This document shows, in pieces, positions 1 through 11,155 of a stretch of DNA of 64,000 nucleotides. The notes under the pieces are model-generated. The model saw only the letters and a program-made list of their open reading frames with translations, was not told where the DNA came from and made no database searches. The stretch is from Leptolyngbyaceae cyanobacterium (GTDB taxonomy: Bacteria; Cyanobacteriota; Cyanobacteriia; Phormidesmidales; Phormidesmidaceae). The stretch's first letter is position 1. Each line of letters begins with the position of its first letter. The position numbers and the translations under genes were made by a program. The stretch is from assembly GCA_965263355.1 (NCBI GenBank), contig CBDHHL010000025.1, positions 101,803 to 165,802 of the forward strand, read 5' to 3'.

Positions 1-9
1 GATCAGATT

Positions 10-362
10 ATGGCTGCCAACACCCTTGCATCGCCGCGTTTCTCCGCTCCATTCAAGGATTTATTCAAACACCATCCCGAAGCAGTCGCCGCGATCTCTA
101 CTCCATCCTGGTATTGCTAGGCTGGCAGTCCCTCAACCTTGGCTGGGTCGGCGGGGCCTTTTTATCCTGACCGCCGCTTACGTCATTGGCGGATTCGACA
201 GCACCGTGACGGACTCACAACGGAAGGCTACGCCATGCAGCACACCGAGCGCAGCATCCAGGGGTTGTGATGGGCTTAGCGGCAGATACCGCCCGACGCC
301 TGAACCACTGGCAGGAGCGCACTATCCCCATTGCTCGTCTTAAAGTGGGCGATCTCATCTTT
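10..362 (+). pseudogene. Degenerate 5' fragment of a CoaT-like P1B ATPase (paralog of 1961..3904)
   Basis: Bases 1-96 match 1952-2047 with mainly third-position changes. Downstream there are frameshifts and an internal deletion of ~150 bp (equivalent to ~2172-2323), and similarity stops after LKVGDLI. Confidence 0.85.
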
Positions 363-504
363 TACAGTCAGCTGTCGCTAACGGTTTGCTTGTGCTGCTG
401 CAAATATCCTACGCGATGTACCAAAGTTTCAGGCAGTCCGATCCAAGCAATGTTAGTCTATGCATTCTCATAGCCAAATCAAATCACCATAGCAAAATGA
501 TTTT

Positions 505-1557
505 CTATTTTGCCCGACCTGTCGCTGACGGTCGGGCAAAATAGAAACCCTGTACATAATCAGCACCGTTTGCTCGGAGCCACTGATATTCACCATCAGT
601 CTCCACTCCTTCACAGACCACTTGGACGCCAACACGTTTAGCAGCGTCAATAAGTGCTTTGGTATATGAAGCTTTGAAGGAATCAGTGTCAACGTCGCGT
701 ATTAATTCCATATCAATTTTTACGTAGCTTGGCTTTAGTTGAGTGATCAAAGTCAAACTTGAATATCCTGCGCCAAGATCATCCAAAACGATATTAAACC
801 CACGCATTTTATAGAAATTGCACAATGTGACTAAATCTGCAACGTCGGCGATCTTTTCTGTTTCCACAATTTCGAAGCACACTCGCTCTGGTTGAATCTG
901 ATTCTTTTCGAGTAGAGCAATAGTTGTCGCTAAGCAGTTTACTGGATCGTAGATTGCTGTCGGCGCAAAATTGATGAATAGTTTTCCTCTAATATGAGAT
1001 CGCACTGCACACTCAATTGCTGATTGCCGGGCAGCTAGATCGATTTTTGGGGTGATTTCAGCAGATTTTGCAGTCTCAAATATATCACCAGGGGGAATCA
1101 AACTCTTGCCACGAAGCCCACGAAATAAACATTCGTGTCCAAGAACATCATCCGGACGCATACAGTCAACTATTGGCTGAAAATAGGTGGTGTAAGATTT
1201 CGACTCGATCAATTCATAGAGCCATTGCGACTGAATGAGAGCGACAAATGTACTCAGTGGCCGAACTTCAAAAACATCCGCGAATACTGACTCTCGATCT
1301 TTTTCTTCAAAATATGCCTTAATGCCATTAGCTTCGATTCTTGTAAAAGGACTGTCAAGTAAATCCACTATCGAGAGTAGGCCATCTTCTTGTACCTCTA
1401 TCGCGATTAAATCGCTTTTTTCGGCAAGTTCTATGTTTGCAGAGTTTAGGAAAGATAATGCCTTTGCTTTTGTGTGCAACGTGGGAAATTTGAGGTGTAG
1501 CGTGCCAGAACCTTTCGGGATTTGTATACTATCGCCGCAACCAGAACAATTGCTCAT
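505..1557 (-). CDS. EAL-domain c-di-GMP phosphodiesterase-like protein
   Basis: FQPIV, ECLFR (EAL variant), LFINF, FEIVETE, LDDLGAGYSSL, KID, EGVET and QGFYFARP motifs. Start placed at MSNCSGC (1557) rather than 1614. Confidence 0.9.
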   Translation of the reverse strand: MSNCSGCGDSIQIPKGSGTLHLKFPTLHTKAKALSFLNSANIELAEKSDLIAIEVQEDGLLSIVDLLDSPFTRIEANGIKAYFEEKDRESVFADVFEVRPLSTFVALIQSQWLYELIESKSYTTYFQPIVDCMRPDDVLGHECLFRGLRGKSLIPPGDIFETAKSAEITPKIDLAARQSAIECAVRSHIRGKLFINFAPTAIYDPVNCLATTIALLEKNQIQPERVCFEIVETEKIADVADLVTLCNFYKMRGFNIVLDDLGAGYSSLTLITQLKPSYVKIDMELIRDVDTDSFKASYTKALIDAAKRVGVQVVCEGVETDGEYQWLRANGADYVQGFYFARPSATGRAK

Positions 1558-1892
1558 CGCTTCTTCACTCAATAACTTCCTCGTCGTAATGGAACATAGC
1601 CATAGGTTCCACACCTCTACTACCGTAAATTACTAGTAACCACCAAATGCTCCAGCTTAAAGCTATATCACTTTGCGATACTGGTAAATACGACATAGCT
1701 GCCGAATTTTCTCAGTAAGTTTTTCTGATTGCAGGTCAAGATAAACACATTTGTCCTGCGCCTACTCTACCCAACCGCGAAAATTACTAGCGCGTCACTT
1801 CTTACATAATCCAGTCTCCAGCAATGGCCCTCAGGTAATTATGGGCGATTGTTGAGCATCGACATCCAGCTTAGTCATCAAAATCCAACAGC

Positions 1893-1922
1893 AACCTTGA
1901 CATTGACATCAATGTTAAGGTT
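1893..1922 (+). promoter_or_regulatory. MerR-type (CoaR-like) operator/promoter of coaT
   Basis: AACCTTGACATT-N6-AATGTTAAGGTT inverted repeat containing TTGACA, 38 bp before the ATPase ATG. It matches the Synechocystis coaT operator as I recall it. Confidence 0.8.
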
Positions 1923-1960
1923 TTAGGCTGGAATAAGTATCCTATTTTACAGATCAGATT

Positions 1961-3904
1961 ATGGCTGCCAACACCCTTGCATCGCCGCGATTCTCCGCTC
2001 CATTCAAGGATTTATTCAAGCACCATCCCGAGGCAGTCGCTGCGATCGCATGTGCAATCCTGGTCTTACTCGGTTGGCAGTCCCTCAACTTTGGCTGGGT
2101 GGGCGGGGGCCTTTTTATTCTGACCGCAGCCTACGTCATTGGCGGATTCGACAGCGCCCGTGACGGACTCACCACCCTGCTACAAGAAAAAGAGCTGGAC
2201 GTTGATTTGCTCATGATCGTAGCCGCTCTAGGCGCTGCCAGTTTGGGGCTATGGCGGCAAGAATACTACCTGATCGTCGATGGCGCGGTCCTGATCTTGA
2301 TCTTTGCCATCAGTGGCGCGTTAGAAGGCTATGCAATGCAGCGCACCGAGCGTAGTATCCAGGGGCTGATGGGCTTAACGGCAGATACCGCCCGACTGCT
2401 TCACCACGGGCAAGAGCGCACTGTCCCCATTGCCCGTCTTAAAGTGGGCGATCTCATTTTGGTTAAACCGGGAGAACTGGTGCCCACCGATGGCATCGTG
2501 GTAGACGGCGTGAGTATCCTCAACCAGGCCTCGATTACGGGAGAATCTGTGCCCGTGGAGAAAACCATTGGGGATGAAGTCTTTGCGGGTACGCTAAATG
2601 GCCACGGAGTCCTGCAGATCAAGCTGCATCAACCACCAGAAAGTAGCTTAATTCAGCGGGTAATCCGGCTGGTGCAACAGGCCCAGACAGAAGCACCGCC
2701 CTCCCAACAATTTATCGAACGGTTTGAGCGGGGCTACGCCAAAGTAATTGTCATCGGCGGAATGCTACTGGGCATACTACCGCCTTTCCTCCTGGGCTGG
2801 ACCTGGGAAGCAACAATTTATCGAGCCCTGATTTTTCTGGTGGTGGCCTCCCCCTGCGCTCTGATGGCCTCGATTATGCCCACACTGTTATCGGGCATTG
2901 CCAACGGAGCCCGCCGAGGCATATTGTTCAAAAACGGGGCACAGTTAGAACAGATTGGACGTGTGCGTGCGATCGCATTTGATAAAACCGGCACCCTGAC
3001 CACAGGTAACCTTCAGCTTGTGAACCTGCTGGCAGCTCAGCCCGACTCCACCCCACTCCTACAGGTAGCCGCCGCGCTGGAGAGTCTATCGGAACATCCC
3101 ATCGGAGAAGCCATTGTGCAGGCAGCTCGCCAGCAAAACCTAACCTGGACAACGGCCACCAACGGCCAGGCCCAGGCCGGACAGGGCATCACCGCCGATC
3201 TGGAGGGGCAGAGCGCCGTCGTGGGTAAAGCGGACTTTGTTCGCACCCAGGTAAAGAACATCTCTCCCCATTGGCAAGAACAAAGCCAGCAGTGGGAATC
3301 GGAGGGCAAAACGGTGGTCTGGGTCGCCCTGGCGGGACACATGTTGGGACTGATTGCCGTAGCTGACATGGTTCGACCTGCTGCTGCTCAGGCTGTGGCC
3401 CGACTCAAACAGTTGGGTGTAGAGCATGTGGTCATGCTAACGGGGGACAATCTCCGCACCGCCAACAGCATCGCTGAGCATGTGGGTGTAGATCAAGTTT
3501 ATGCAGAACTGTTACCCGAAGATAAAGTTGACGTGATTCGTAAACTTCAGCAGCAGTATCAGACCGTTGCCATGGTTGGAGATGGCATCAATGATGCCCC
3601 AGCCCTGGCCCAGGCCACCGTTGGCATTGCCATGGGGGCAGCGGGTAGCGATGTAGCGCTAGAAACCGCTGATATTGTATTGATGGGCGATCGTCTGGAG
3701 CGGTTAGAACACGCGATCCGTTTAGGTCGTCGCGCTCAGAGCATCGTGAAGCAAAATATTGTCGTTGCCCTGAGTTTTGTAATGGTGTTGTTAATCCTAA
3801 ATTTTGCAGGCAATATCACACTGCCGTTTGGTGTGCTAGGGCATGAAGGCTCCACAGTACTCGTCACCCTGAGTGGATTGCGGTTGTTGATAGGTGATAA
3901 ATAG
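1961..3904 (+). CDS. coaT: Heavy-metal (cobalt) exporting P1B-4 ATPase
   Basis: TGES, SPC in TM6 (VVASPCAL), DKTGTLT, SEHP, GDGINDAPALA and HEGST motifs, no N-terminal metal-binding domain, CoaR-type operator upstream. Confidence 0.85.
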   Translation: MAANTLASPRFSAPFKDLFKHHPEAVAAIACAILVLLGWQSLNFGWVGGGLFILTAAYVIGGFDSARDGLTTLLQEKELDVDLLMIVAALGAASLGLWRQEYYLIVDGAVLILIFAISGALEGYAMQRTERSIQGLMGLTADTARLLHHGQERTVPIARLKVGDLILVKPGELVPTDGIVVDGVSILNQASITGESVPVEKTIGDEVFAGTLNGHGVLQIKLHQPPESSLIQRVIRLVQQAQTEAPPSQQFIERFERGYAKVIVIGGMLLGILPPFLLGWTWEATIYRALIFLVVASPCALMASIMPTLLSGIANGARRGILFKNGAQLEQIGRVRAIAFDKTGTLTTGNLQLVNLLAAQPDSTPLLQVAAALESLSEHPIGEAIVQAARQQNLTWTTATNGQAQAGQGITADLEGQSAVVGKADFVRTQVKNISPHWQEQSQQWESEGKTVVWVALAGHMLGLIAVADMVRPAAAQAVARLKQLGVEHVVMLTGDNLRTANSIAEHVGVDQVYAELLPEDKVDVIRKLQQQYQTVAMVGDGINDAPALAQATVGIAMGAAGSDVALETADIVLMGDRLERLEHAIRLGRRAQSIVKQNIVVALSFVMVLLILNFAGNITLPFGVLGHEGSTVLVTLSGLRLLIGDK

Positions 3905-4211
3905 GTTGGCCCAAGCATTTATAAGATGGAGTAATTCTCCAACAACGTTGTGCCAAACAACAACGCGATAACCTGATTAATCGACCCCGCCGTAACCTCT
4001 ATATAATGCAATTGAGGACAACCCAGTAGGCTGGGTTCTAGGGTGGCCTTCCGGCCCTAGCCATGGGGAAACCCCAGTTTGCCTAATTGGGATAACGCGA
4101 ATACTTCCGGAAAGGGAACTCGGAGGGACCCCAAGCAACCGGTTTTAGTTCCCTTCCAATCATACCAAGCTGGTACTTTCCCACAACACAAGATCATCGG
4201 CAAATACCGCA

Positions 4212-5936
4212 TCAAGACGAACAACTATAATACGACACACCACCAACGTCAGAAAACGCGCTAGGTCTTAGACGATAGTATTTATCTTCTACGTCTTGTG
4301 ATTGCTCATCATAGGGATAACTAAATACTGCTTGCAACTCTTTAACTAACCTGTAGTCACCCTGCATGGCTTGTTCATAGGCAGGGACAATCAACCACTC
4401 TCGCCATGTGTACTTTGGATTGGTCTGTTTCATATTGGTTGATATCTCAGCCAGTGATATCTCAATTGGGCCGTCGTTAATAAGGCCGCGCCAGCTTTTT
4501 AGCCAAGTTTGCCATTGCTCATCAAATTGTTGTGACGTTTTACCATAGAAGCTCTTTTTCAATGGTGAGATATCGTCTGGTATGTGGGATAACTCGCGGA
4601 AGAAAATGGTGTAATCCACATCTGAGTGGGTCATTAACTGCATTAATGTCTTAAACAGCTCCGGGTTAAATTCAGTCAAGCCAAGTTTGGCCGCCCACAT
4701 TTTTTGGACTTGTTGTTGCATGGCGTCTGCAAAGCCACGGCCTACTTGGTCAAACTGTTCTAACGCAACTGCATCATCTGCCAGTAATGGCCTCACAGTT
4801 TTCCAAAACATATAATAATTCGCGTCTGCTGCAACGGGCTGATTGATGAATGCAAAGTGATGGCCGCCGCCAGTCCAGGGTTGAAACCAAGGGTCAAAAA
4901 TTTCACAAAACCCAAAGGGGCCATAGTCGAGGGTAAAGCCACCAGCGGCACAGTTGTCACTATTAAAATTACCCTGGCAATAACCCACACGTAGCCAATT
5001 GGCCACTAGTGAAATAAGCCGCTGGCGAAAGTGCTTAGCCAACTCAACCAATTGATCTGCAAAACCAAGGGTTTGATCAATGTCGCTTTTGTATTCTCGC
5101 TCAATTAAATGGGACACGATCATGCGCAACTCTTCTGATGCGTTTGGATGAGCATTGTTGCGATCGCGACGGGCAAATAACTCTAGCTGACCAACCCGCA
5201 AAAAGGATGGGGCAACGCGCGTTGAAATGGCCACAGGATTGTCCACCAAAATATCAGGCTCGGTGGAGCAGGAATCTTGAGAATACCAAGGCCGGGTAAC
5301 GGTCTCAGATTTAGACACATACAGTGTCAAGGAGCGCGATGTGGGCACACCTAACGCGTGCATATAGTCTTGCGCTAGAAACTCACGCACACTTGAACGG
5401 AGTACTGCGCGCCCGTCGGCACCACGGCAATAGGGCGTTGGACCACCCCCTTTCAATTGCATTTCCCAGCGCTGGCCATTGATGATTCCTTCAAATATGG
5501 ATATCGCCCGACCATCGCCATAACCATTGCCCGTACCGAATGGACAATTTTGGATATATTCGGTGCCATAAATCGACAGGGCATACCCCGTCGCCCAGCC
5601 AACCTGACGCATGGGCGCATGGGCGACAGAGAGATCACCAGAAAATAATTGCCGAAATTTTTCATCCAGCGCCAGCTCATCGCTCAACCCAAGTTCCTTA
5701 AAAAAGGTGCTGCTATGGGCTACATAGTCTGGTTCTGGAAGCGGCGTGGGTGTCACAGGTACAAAATGACCGGAAAAAACCTGGCGGGCACGGTGATCAT
5801 CACCATCGACCGTGGCATCAGGATCGGCATTTAAGGTATCCATCAGGGAATAATCCGCCAATCGCACAAACTCATCGAATGTGGTTACGCAGGGCTCAGC
5901 AGATGCCTCTGCTAAGGGTTTAGATGGATATGACAT
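4212..5936 (-). CDS. selO: Protein adenylyltransferase SelO/YdiU family
   Basis: [40 protein letters not shown] and DYGPF motifs, C-terminal SCSS. Confidence 0.92.
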   Translation of the reverse strand: MSYPSKPLAEASAEPCVTTFDEFVRLADYSLMDTLNADPDATVDGDDHRARQVFSGHFVPVTPTPLPEPDYVAHSSTFFKELGLSDELALDEKFRQLFSGDLSVAHAPMRQVGWATGYALSIYGTEYIQNCPFGTGNGYGDGRAISIFEGIINGQRWEMQLKGGGPTPYCRGADGRAVLRSSVREFLAQDYMHALGVPTSRSLTLYVSKSETVTRPWYSQDSCSTEPDILVDNPVAISTRVAPSFLRVGQLELFARRDRNNAHPNASEELRMIVSHLIEREYKSDIDQTLGFADQLVELAKHFRQRLISLVANWLRVGYCQGNFNSDNCAAGGFTLDYGPFGFCEIFDPWFQPWTGGGHHFAFINQPVAADANYYMFWKTVRPLLADDAVALEQFDQVGRGFADAMQQQVQKMWAAKLGLTEFNPELFKTLMQLMTHSDVDYTIFFRELSHIPDDISPLKKSFYGKTSQQFDEQWQTWLKSWRGLINDGPIEISLAEISTNMKQTNPKYTWREWLIVPAYEQAMQGDYRLVKELQAVFSYPYDEQSQDVEDKYYRLRPSAFSDVGGVSYYSCSS

Positions 5937-6061
5937 TGTTGCGAATGCCCGTATTTCGGGAAAGATGCATGCTTAATTGAGGATCATGTAGAGGCTAACA
6001 TATTCAATGTGGAGCTTTCTAGACTAACAGACTTGTTAGTTCGCTCAATGATGCAGACCTA

Positions 6062-6597
6062 TTACCGTTTGGCTTCCTCAATCAGCTGTGCTACTGCTTC
6101 CAAGGCACTAAATAGTCTGGCTAAATTATCAATTGTTCAATTGTGTAGTTACCGGTGCTTCTGGTGAATGTGTCCATCACCAATCGACCAAACTGCCAAA
6201 GGTTACCATTGGTGACAATACCATAGACTGGGAATGTGGCATCCTCGTTTATTTTCTGGGAAGCTACTAACTCGGCTAAACATTGTCCCCATCCATACTC
6301 AAAGTCGTTTTTCTTGGCTTCTACGACGACTACAATCGGCGTTTCTAGGACTGTTTTTCCAAGGTTTGAGCGCTTTGAAAAGATGTAATCTGGCGTCCCT
6401 GAAAGTGCGGAATCATAAGAGATACTCTTTTGAATCCAGAAAGAATAATCTTGAGCGTGTTTTTTATACAGCTCGCGCAGTAACGGGTATATAATCAGCT
6501 CGCTGCGCGATGCCTCCGATGTGAAAATATCAATATTCTCTTGGCTAAATCGAAAATCGCTTAGAAAAGCTTCAGAGGGTGATATTTCCGTCACCAC
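6062..6597 (-). pseudogene. Cyanobacterial PD-(D/E)XK-like protein, probably 5'-truncated and frameshifted
   Basis: GTPDY..VVVVEAKK..GWGQCLAELVA..YGIVTNG..WQFG signature. An 8-bp tandem duplication at 6129-6144 shifts the frame; removing it extends the ORF to a stop at 6062. Confidence 0.7.
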
Positions 6598-6890
6598 GGA
6601 TTTTCATGTTAGGTAATCCACCCTAAATCTACCCAGGATGTAAAAATAGTTAATGGGTAAAAAGTTTAGCTAGCTTGGGCTTGACTGCCTTCAAGAAAGT
6701 TTACACAGGTCAATTTTTAGGGAATATTGCTGAAAAGTGCAACGTTCTATGAACCCCTATTTGAGCATCAAGTGGTGAGCTACCCCTCCAAATCCCTGAT
6801 TTAATGGTCGTTTTCAGCATCGGTTCCCTGACGAGGGTGCAAATAAGCAGATTTTAGAATTACTTTAATTATGAAAATGCCCCCTAATCC

Positions 6891-7697
6891 ATGGAAACGA
6901 TAGACTTCTTTACAAAGCCTCAGTCGACCACGCATCGTCAGTATGAGGCCCTCCGTGCGTTCTATGTCGAGGGCCAATCAGCCGCAGAGGTGGCAGCGGC
7001 ATTTGGCTATACGGTTTCATCGTTTTATTCGCTCAATCGAGACTTTAAACAACGACTGGAGACGTCTGAGGCGAGTGAACAATTCTTCGCAAATCCCGTA
7101 AAAGGGCGCAAACCAAAGGACGTCACCGGTACGGTTGAGGCACTCATTATCCAGTTACGTCAACAATCTCTGTCAGTGTCTGATATCAAGGCAACCTTGG
7201 ATGCGCAATCCTATCGTGTTTCTGAGAGCACTATTTACACAGTACTCAAACAAGCCGGATTTGAACGATTGCCTCGACGCTCCCGTAACCAAAGCCGTGC
7301 AGCGTTATCATCGCTAGAACTGAGTGCACCGACCAGCAAACCGCTGATGTACCTCAATGAGACATTTAGTACGCAACACAGTATCGGGTTATTAGGATTG
7401 TTACCCTATTTGCAACAGTATGGAATTGACCAAGTGATTGTCAATTCTGATTACCCTGAAACCCAAGCCGTGAATCGATTAAGCTCTATCTTGAGTTTTG
7501 TTGCCTTGAAACTATCCAATATTCGACGCTACGGGGCCGATGATCTGTGGTGTATGGATCGGGGATTAGGGTTGTTTGCGGGGCTCAATGTACTGCCCAA
7601 AACCGCCTGGTTTTCCGCCTATTCGTATCGGGTTAGTCGGGCGATGAATCACACCTTTCTCAAAGCCTTAAACGGCATTTGGCACGTTTATGGGTAG
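6891..7697 (+). pseudogene. Truncated putative transposase (N-terminal HTH region)
   Basis: HRQYEALRAFYVEG..AAEVAAAFGYT HTH, VSESTIYTVLK..GFERLPRR and AGLNVLPK motifs typical of large transposases. It ends before any DDE core. Confidence 0.6.
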
Positions 7698-7972
7698 CAG
7701 GACCTTTTGAAGGCATTGGGTCAGTTAGGCAAAGTGACTAAACAGGATAACTTATGACTGGTTATAGCCCTAACCTAACCGGTAGTTATAAGTTTGAAAC
7801 GATAATCAACAAAGGCTTTAGACCTGATCCCTACCTACAGGTATAGATTTACAGGTGGTCATAAGTCTGAAACCTTTGTAAATCAAGGGCTACAAAAATA
7901 CCAATAAGGGCTTTACAGCAACGACCTGGTCTCAAGGAACATAGGGACAAGTTGAATTCTGGAGCTATTCCA

Positions 7973-8194
7973 ATGTCCCATCGCCGTCGTCGTCACCATC
8001 ATCGTGAAATCCGCACCGAGCTGATATTGATCATGCTGCTCTTACTGCGCCTTAGCCTTCAGGGAATGTGTTTTGCCCTAGAGTTTATTGACCTACAACC
8101 CACTGCTCCATCTGCAACCGATTCTGCTCCTGAAGAAATCACCATTGAGCAATGTCCGTTTCAGGTTGTTATTCCCTTACCTCCAAACAAATAA
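7973..8194 (+). CDS. Small hypothetical protein with basic N-terminus and hydrophobic segment
   Basis: GGAG upstream of ATG 7973, then a signal-peptide-like start. No recognisable family. Confidence 0.35.
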   Translation: MSHRRRRHHHREIRTELILIMLLLLRLSLQGMCFALEFIDLQPTAPSATDSAPEEITIEQCPFQVVIPLPPNK

Positions 8195-8284
8195 CCCTTT
8201 GTAATTGTTTCTCGTGAATCTGTGTAGGTGCAATCCTACTTTGATTTAGCTAGAATGCTACAATAACAAAACTGTAAAACTGCA

Positions 8285-11125
8285 TCATAACCAATTACCA
8301 ACTAGGACAAACGCGGACCAGTAATAGGGATGTTTGTATTGAGGATCTTCAATTAAACTAAGCTGAGCTTGCTGCAAAATTTTAGCTTTAGTATCACTGG
8401 TATCTCTCAACTGTTTGTAAAATTGTTGCATTAACAGCGATGTTCCTTCATCATCCACCTTCCAAAGACTAGCTAGTGTACTACGAGCACCGGAACGAAC
8501 GGCAATTCCTGCTAATCCTAGGGCAGCCCGATTATCACCCACTGCGGTTTCACAGGCACTGAGGACTAAAAGTTCCACAGCTTGTTGCTTACCAATTTCA
8601 CTAACCTGTAATAATTCACTGAGTTGGTTTGCATTAATACGATCATCCCAGGTAACTACAAATGTCTCATCCAAATCAGAACTAAATTCACCGTGGGTAG
8701 CCAGATGGACAACAGGAAAGGAATTACGGGTCAACTTTTGCTCAAATGAGGTATTTAGAAAGTTATCATTGAGTAGTACGCTGCTGCCGGGAACGGTGTC
8801 GCGGATCGTTTCAACTTCTGTCTCTACATTGGGTAGAGAGTTATAATTTTGACTTAATTCAGAGTCTGGATTTAATTCAGATAAGCCTGCCACCAAGGCT
8901 TTCACATTTTGCCGTTGAAGTGGTTCAGAATCGAGTAGTTGTAATCCAGGAGTTAGGGCAATTGGATAGTTTTCAATCAGGTATTTTCCTGTTTGCTTGT
9001 TCTGTAATGCTGCCATCGGCACATTGCGCAGAGCACCGTCGAGGACAAACACTAAGACATCTGGTTGAGTCTCTTCAAGCTTAGTTTCTAGGGGACGAAT
9101 TAACCAGTCATACAGTTGTTGAGATGGTTCCAAAAAACTGTCTGCTTGCGCCTGAAGGGCAGCTATCTCATCAGGATCAGCGGGAACTACATCAATAGTA
9201 GCACGGCGGGAGGCTTGAGCAGCAAAGACGTCGGCCAGGGCCTTTCGTAGCTCGTCTAAGGTGTCATTAACGGTGGCTTTATCGATGGTTGTGGTATAGC
9301 GAAGATTGCCTTGTTCGTCGGGTAGGCTCAGGAGAATTTCGAGTCGTTGATCTAAAATAATGGGATAAATAACGGCAGCCCTCTGGTCGATTTCGTTGAT
9401 TTTAATCGGGTCAGTAATCACACAGTCAGCCCGGAAGAAGTCTACCAACTCAGCGACTTGTAGGGACTCAATGGTCTCTTGGGCTTGCAGAATGTTTGTT
9501 TCTGGTAGTTCGTCATTACCTTCTTCTAGCAACAGTTCCACCAGTTGCCGATAGAGGGGTTCGACTTCGTCACGAAATGAGAATCTAAGATCTGGATTCG
9601 CGGCAATCAAATCCCGTCTGATCAAGTCCAGGGTGTCTTTAGCTTGTTGGTAGATTTCGATCGCATCCCCCGTCCGTCCTTGCTTAACCAAAATCCCCCC
9701 TAACTGAGCCTGTAGGCGATAGCGGGCCACATCAGCACGGGACTCTTCAGCAATGGTTAATGCTCGTTGAGTTGCTGTTTCTGCTTGGTCCAGTAAATCT
9801 TGTTCTTTTTCAGGATTTACTGAGGACTGAGGACAGGTCTCTTGGGACATTGTCGGCACAGTGTCGCTGTAACATTGAGCCTGCTGCCCATAGACGTTTC
9901 CTAAGGCCCCCAACACATAGGCCTGACTTTGGTAATCGTCAAGGCTTTGGGCAAGCGCCAGGGTCTCTCCTAAAAACTCAGCCGTTTCCTTGGCCGATAG
10001 TAAGCGAAAATCAGACTGCAAGATACTATCGACTAAATTAAGCCGCATAAAAATAGAGGCACGACTAGGGGGTAACTCTGCTAGTTCCGTTTGTATCGTT
10101 AAAACATCCTGACGTATTGTGGCCAGACCTGAGCTATCAGTTGTGTTCAGGCTTTTTGCCTTGAGAGTTAACCAGTTGATCTTGGCTTGCGATCGCTGCA
10201 CCTTATCTAAGGCCAATGTAGCCGCTTCTTGATAGCTCTTAGCCGCCAATGTCGGCTGATCCTGGGCCAGATATAAATCGCCCAGGCTGATAGTAATTGC
10301 TGCTAGTAAAGAAGGGTCAGCCAACGGACGAGCAATTTCCCGACTTTCAGTAATGTATTTTTGAGCGTTTGAGGTATCGCCATTCAGTCGATAGGCCTCT
10401 CCTAGCTGTCGTAACCCTTCTGCCTTAAGGGAATCGTCCGACAACGTCTCTAAAGTTTGATATATGATTTCCAACTGCTCCAGCGTCTCACCATATTGCC
10501 CTTGTACCCGCAGTAATTTGGCCCGGTTGAGCTGTGTTTTTAATTCCCCGGCGGTGTCGTTGCTGGCCTGATACGCTACGATGGCCTGCTGCAGCCAGCT
10601 TAATGCAGTCGATAGGTCTCCCTGGGCGGTCGCTAGCTGACCATAGGTGCTCAAAATTTGGGCCTGAATGCGAGAATTCGATTGAGTTTGAATCAGGTCG
10701 TAAGCGGTTGCGATCGCATTCTCTGCCGCCGTATAATCGCCTAGTTTAATGTAAGCCAGAGCTAAGTTGCTTAAAGCACTGGCTTGTTGGGTCGGTTGTT
10801 GTCGGGTTTTATAGGTGTTAGCGGCTTGTTGCCAGGCTTGGGCAGCAGAAGCATATTGACCCAGCTGATACAGTTCTTGACCCAGCTGCATGGGTGCTCG
10901 TTGGGCTTGGGCAATGGTTTGGACAGAGGCTAAACCGTAGGTTGTTAGGGGGGGAACACTAATGAAAAATAATGCACCTAGCAGCACAATCAGCCAGAAT
11001 CGCAAAAAAGTAGGCATTCTAGGTACTTTAAAGCGTAAGAACGTTCTCCAGCTATCGTTAGAAAATTGCATAAATCCCCACCCAAAAATCACAATAAAAA
11101 TGCCATGCTTGCCTAAACGAGTCAA
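8285..11125 (-). CDS. TPR + CHAT (caspase-like) domain protein
   Basis: TPR repeats, VVHLATHGEF and LLVLSACETA catalytic motifs, C-terminal HPYYWSAFVLVGNWL. Confidence 0.93.
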   Translation of the reverse strand: MTRLGKHGIFIVIFGWGFMQFSNDSWRTFLRFKVPRMPTFLRFWLIVLLGALFFISVPPLTTYGLASVQTIAQAQRAPMQLGQELYQLGQYASAAQAWQQAANTYKTRQQPTQQASALSNLALAYIKLGDYTAAENAIATAYDLIQTQSNSRIQAQILSTYGQLATAQGDLSTALSWLQQAIVAYQASNDTAGELKTQLNRAKLLRVQGQYGETLEQLEIIYQTLETLSDDSLKAEGLRQLGEAYRLNGDTSNAQKYITESREIARPLADPSLLAAITISLGDLYLAQDQPTLAAKSYQEAATLALDKVQRSQAKINWLTLKAKSLNTTDSSGLATIRQDVLTIQTELAELPPSRASIFMRLNLVDSILQSDFRLLSAKETAEFLGETLALAQSLDDYQSQAYVLGALGNVYGQQAQCYSDTVPTMSQETCPQSSVNPEKEQDLLDQAETATQRALTIAEESRADVARYRLQAQLGGILVKQGRTGDAIEIYQQAKDTLDLIRRDLIAANPDLRFSFRDEVEPLYRQLVELLLEEGNDELPETNILQAQETIESLQVAELVDFFRADCVITDPIKINEIDQRAAVIYPIILDQRLEILLSLPDEQGNLRYTTTIDKATVNDTLDELRKALADVFAAQASRRATIDVVPADPDEIAALQAQADSFLEPSQQLYDWLIRPLETKLEETQPDVLVFVLDGALRNVPMAALQNKQTGKYLIENYPIALTPGLQLLDSEPLQRQNVKALVAGLSELNPDSELSQNYNSLPNVETEVETIRDTVPGSSVLLNDNFLNTSFEQKLTRNSFPVVHLATHGEFSSDLDETFVVTWDDRINANQLSELLQVSEIGKQQAVELLVLSACETAVGDNRAALGLAGIAVRSGARSTLASLWKVDDEGTSLLMQQFYKQLRDTSDTKAKILQQAQLSLIEDPQYKHPYYWSAFVLVGNWL

Positions 11126-11155
11126 AGAGATTGCTAAAGCATACTAACAACGTAC

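Noticed and set aside
4021..4200. Structured RNA or the 61-aa ORF between coaT and selO
   Set aside because: Rich in doubled bases and resembles a garbled GTAGG..GGG/AACCC repeat; a degenerate repeat or low-quality consensus is more likely.
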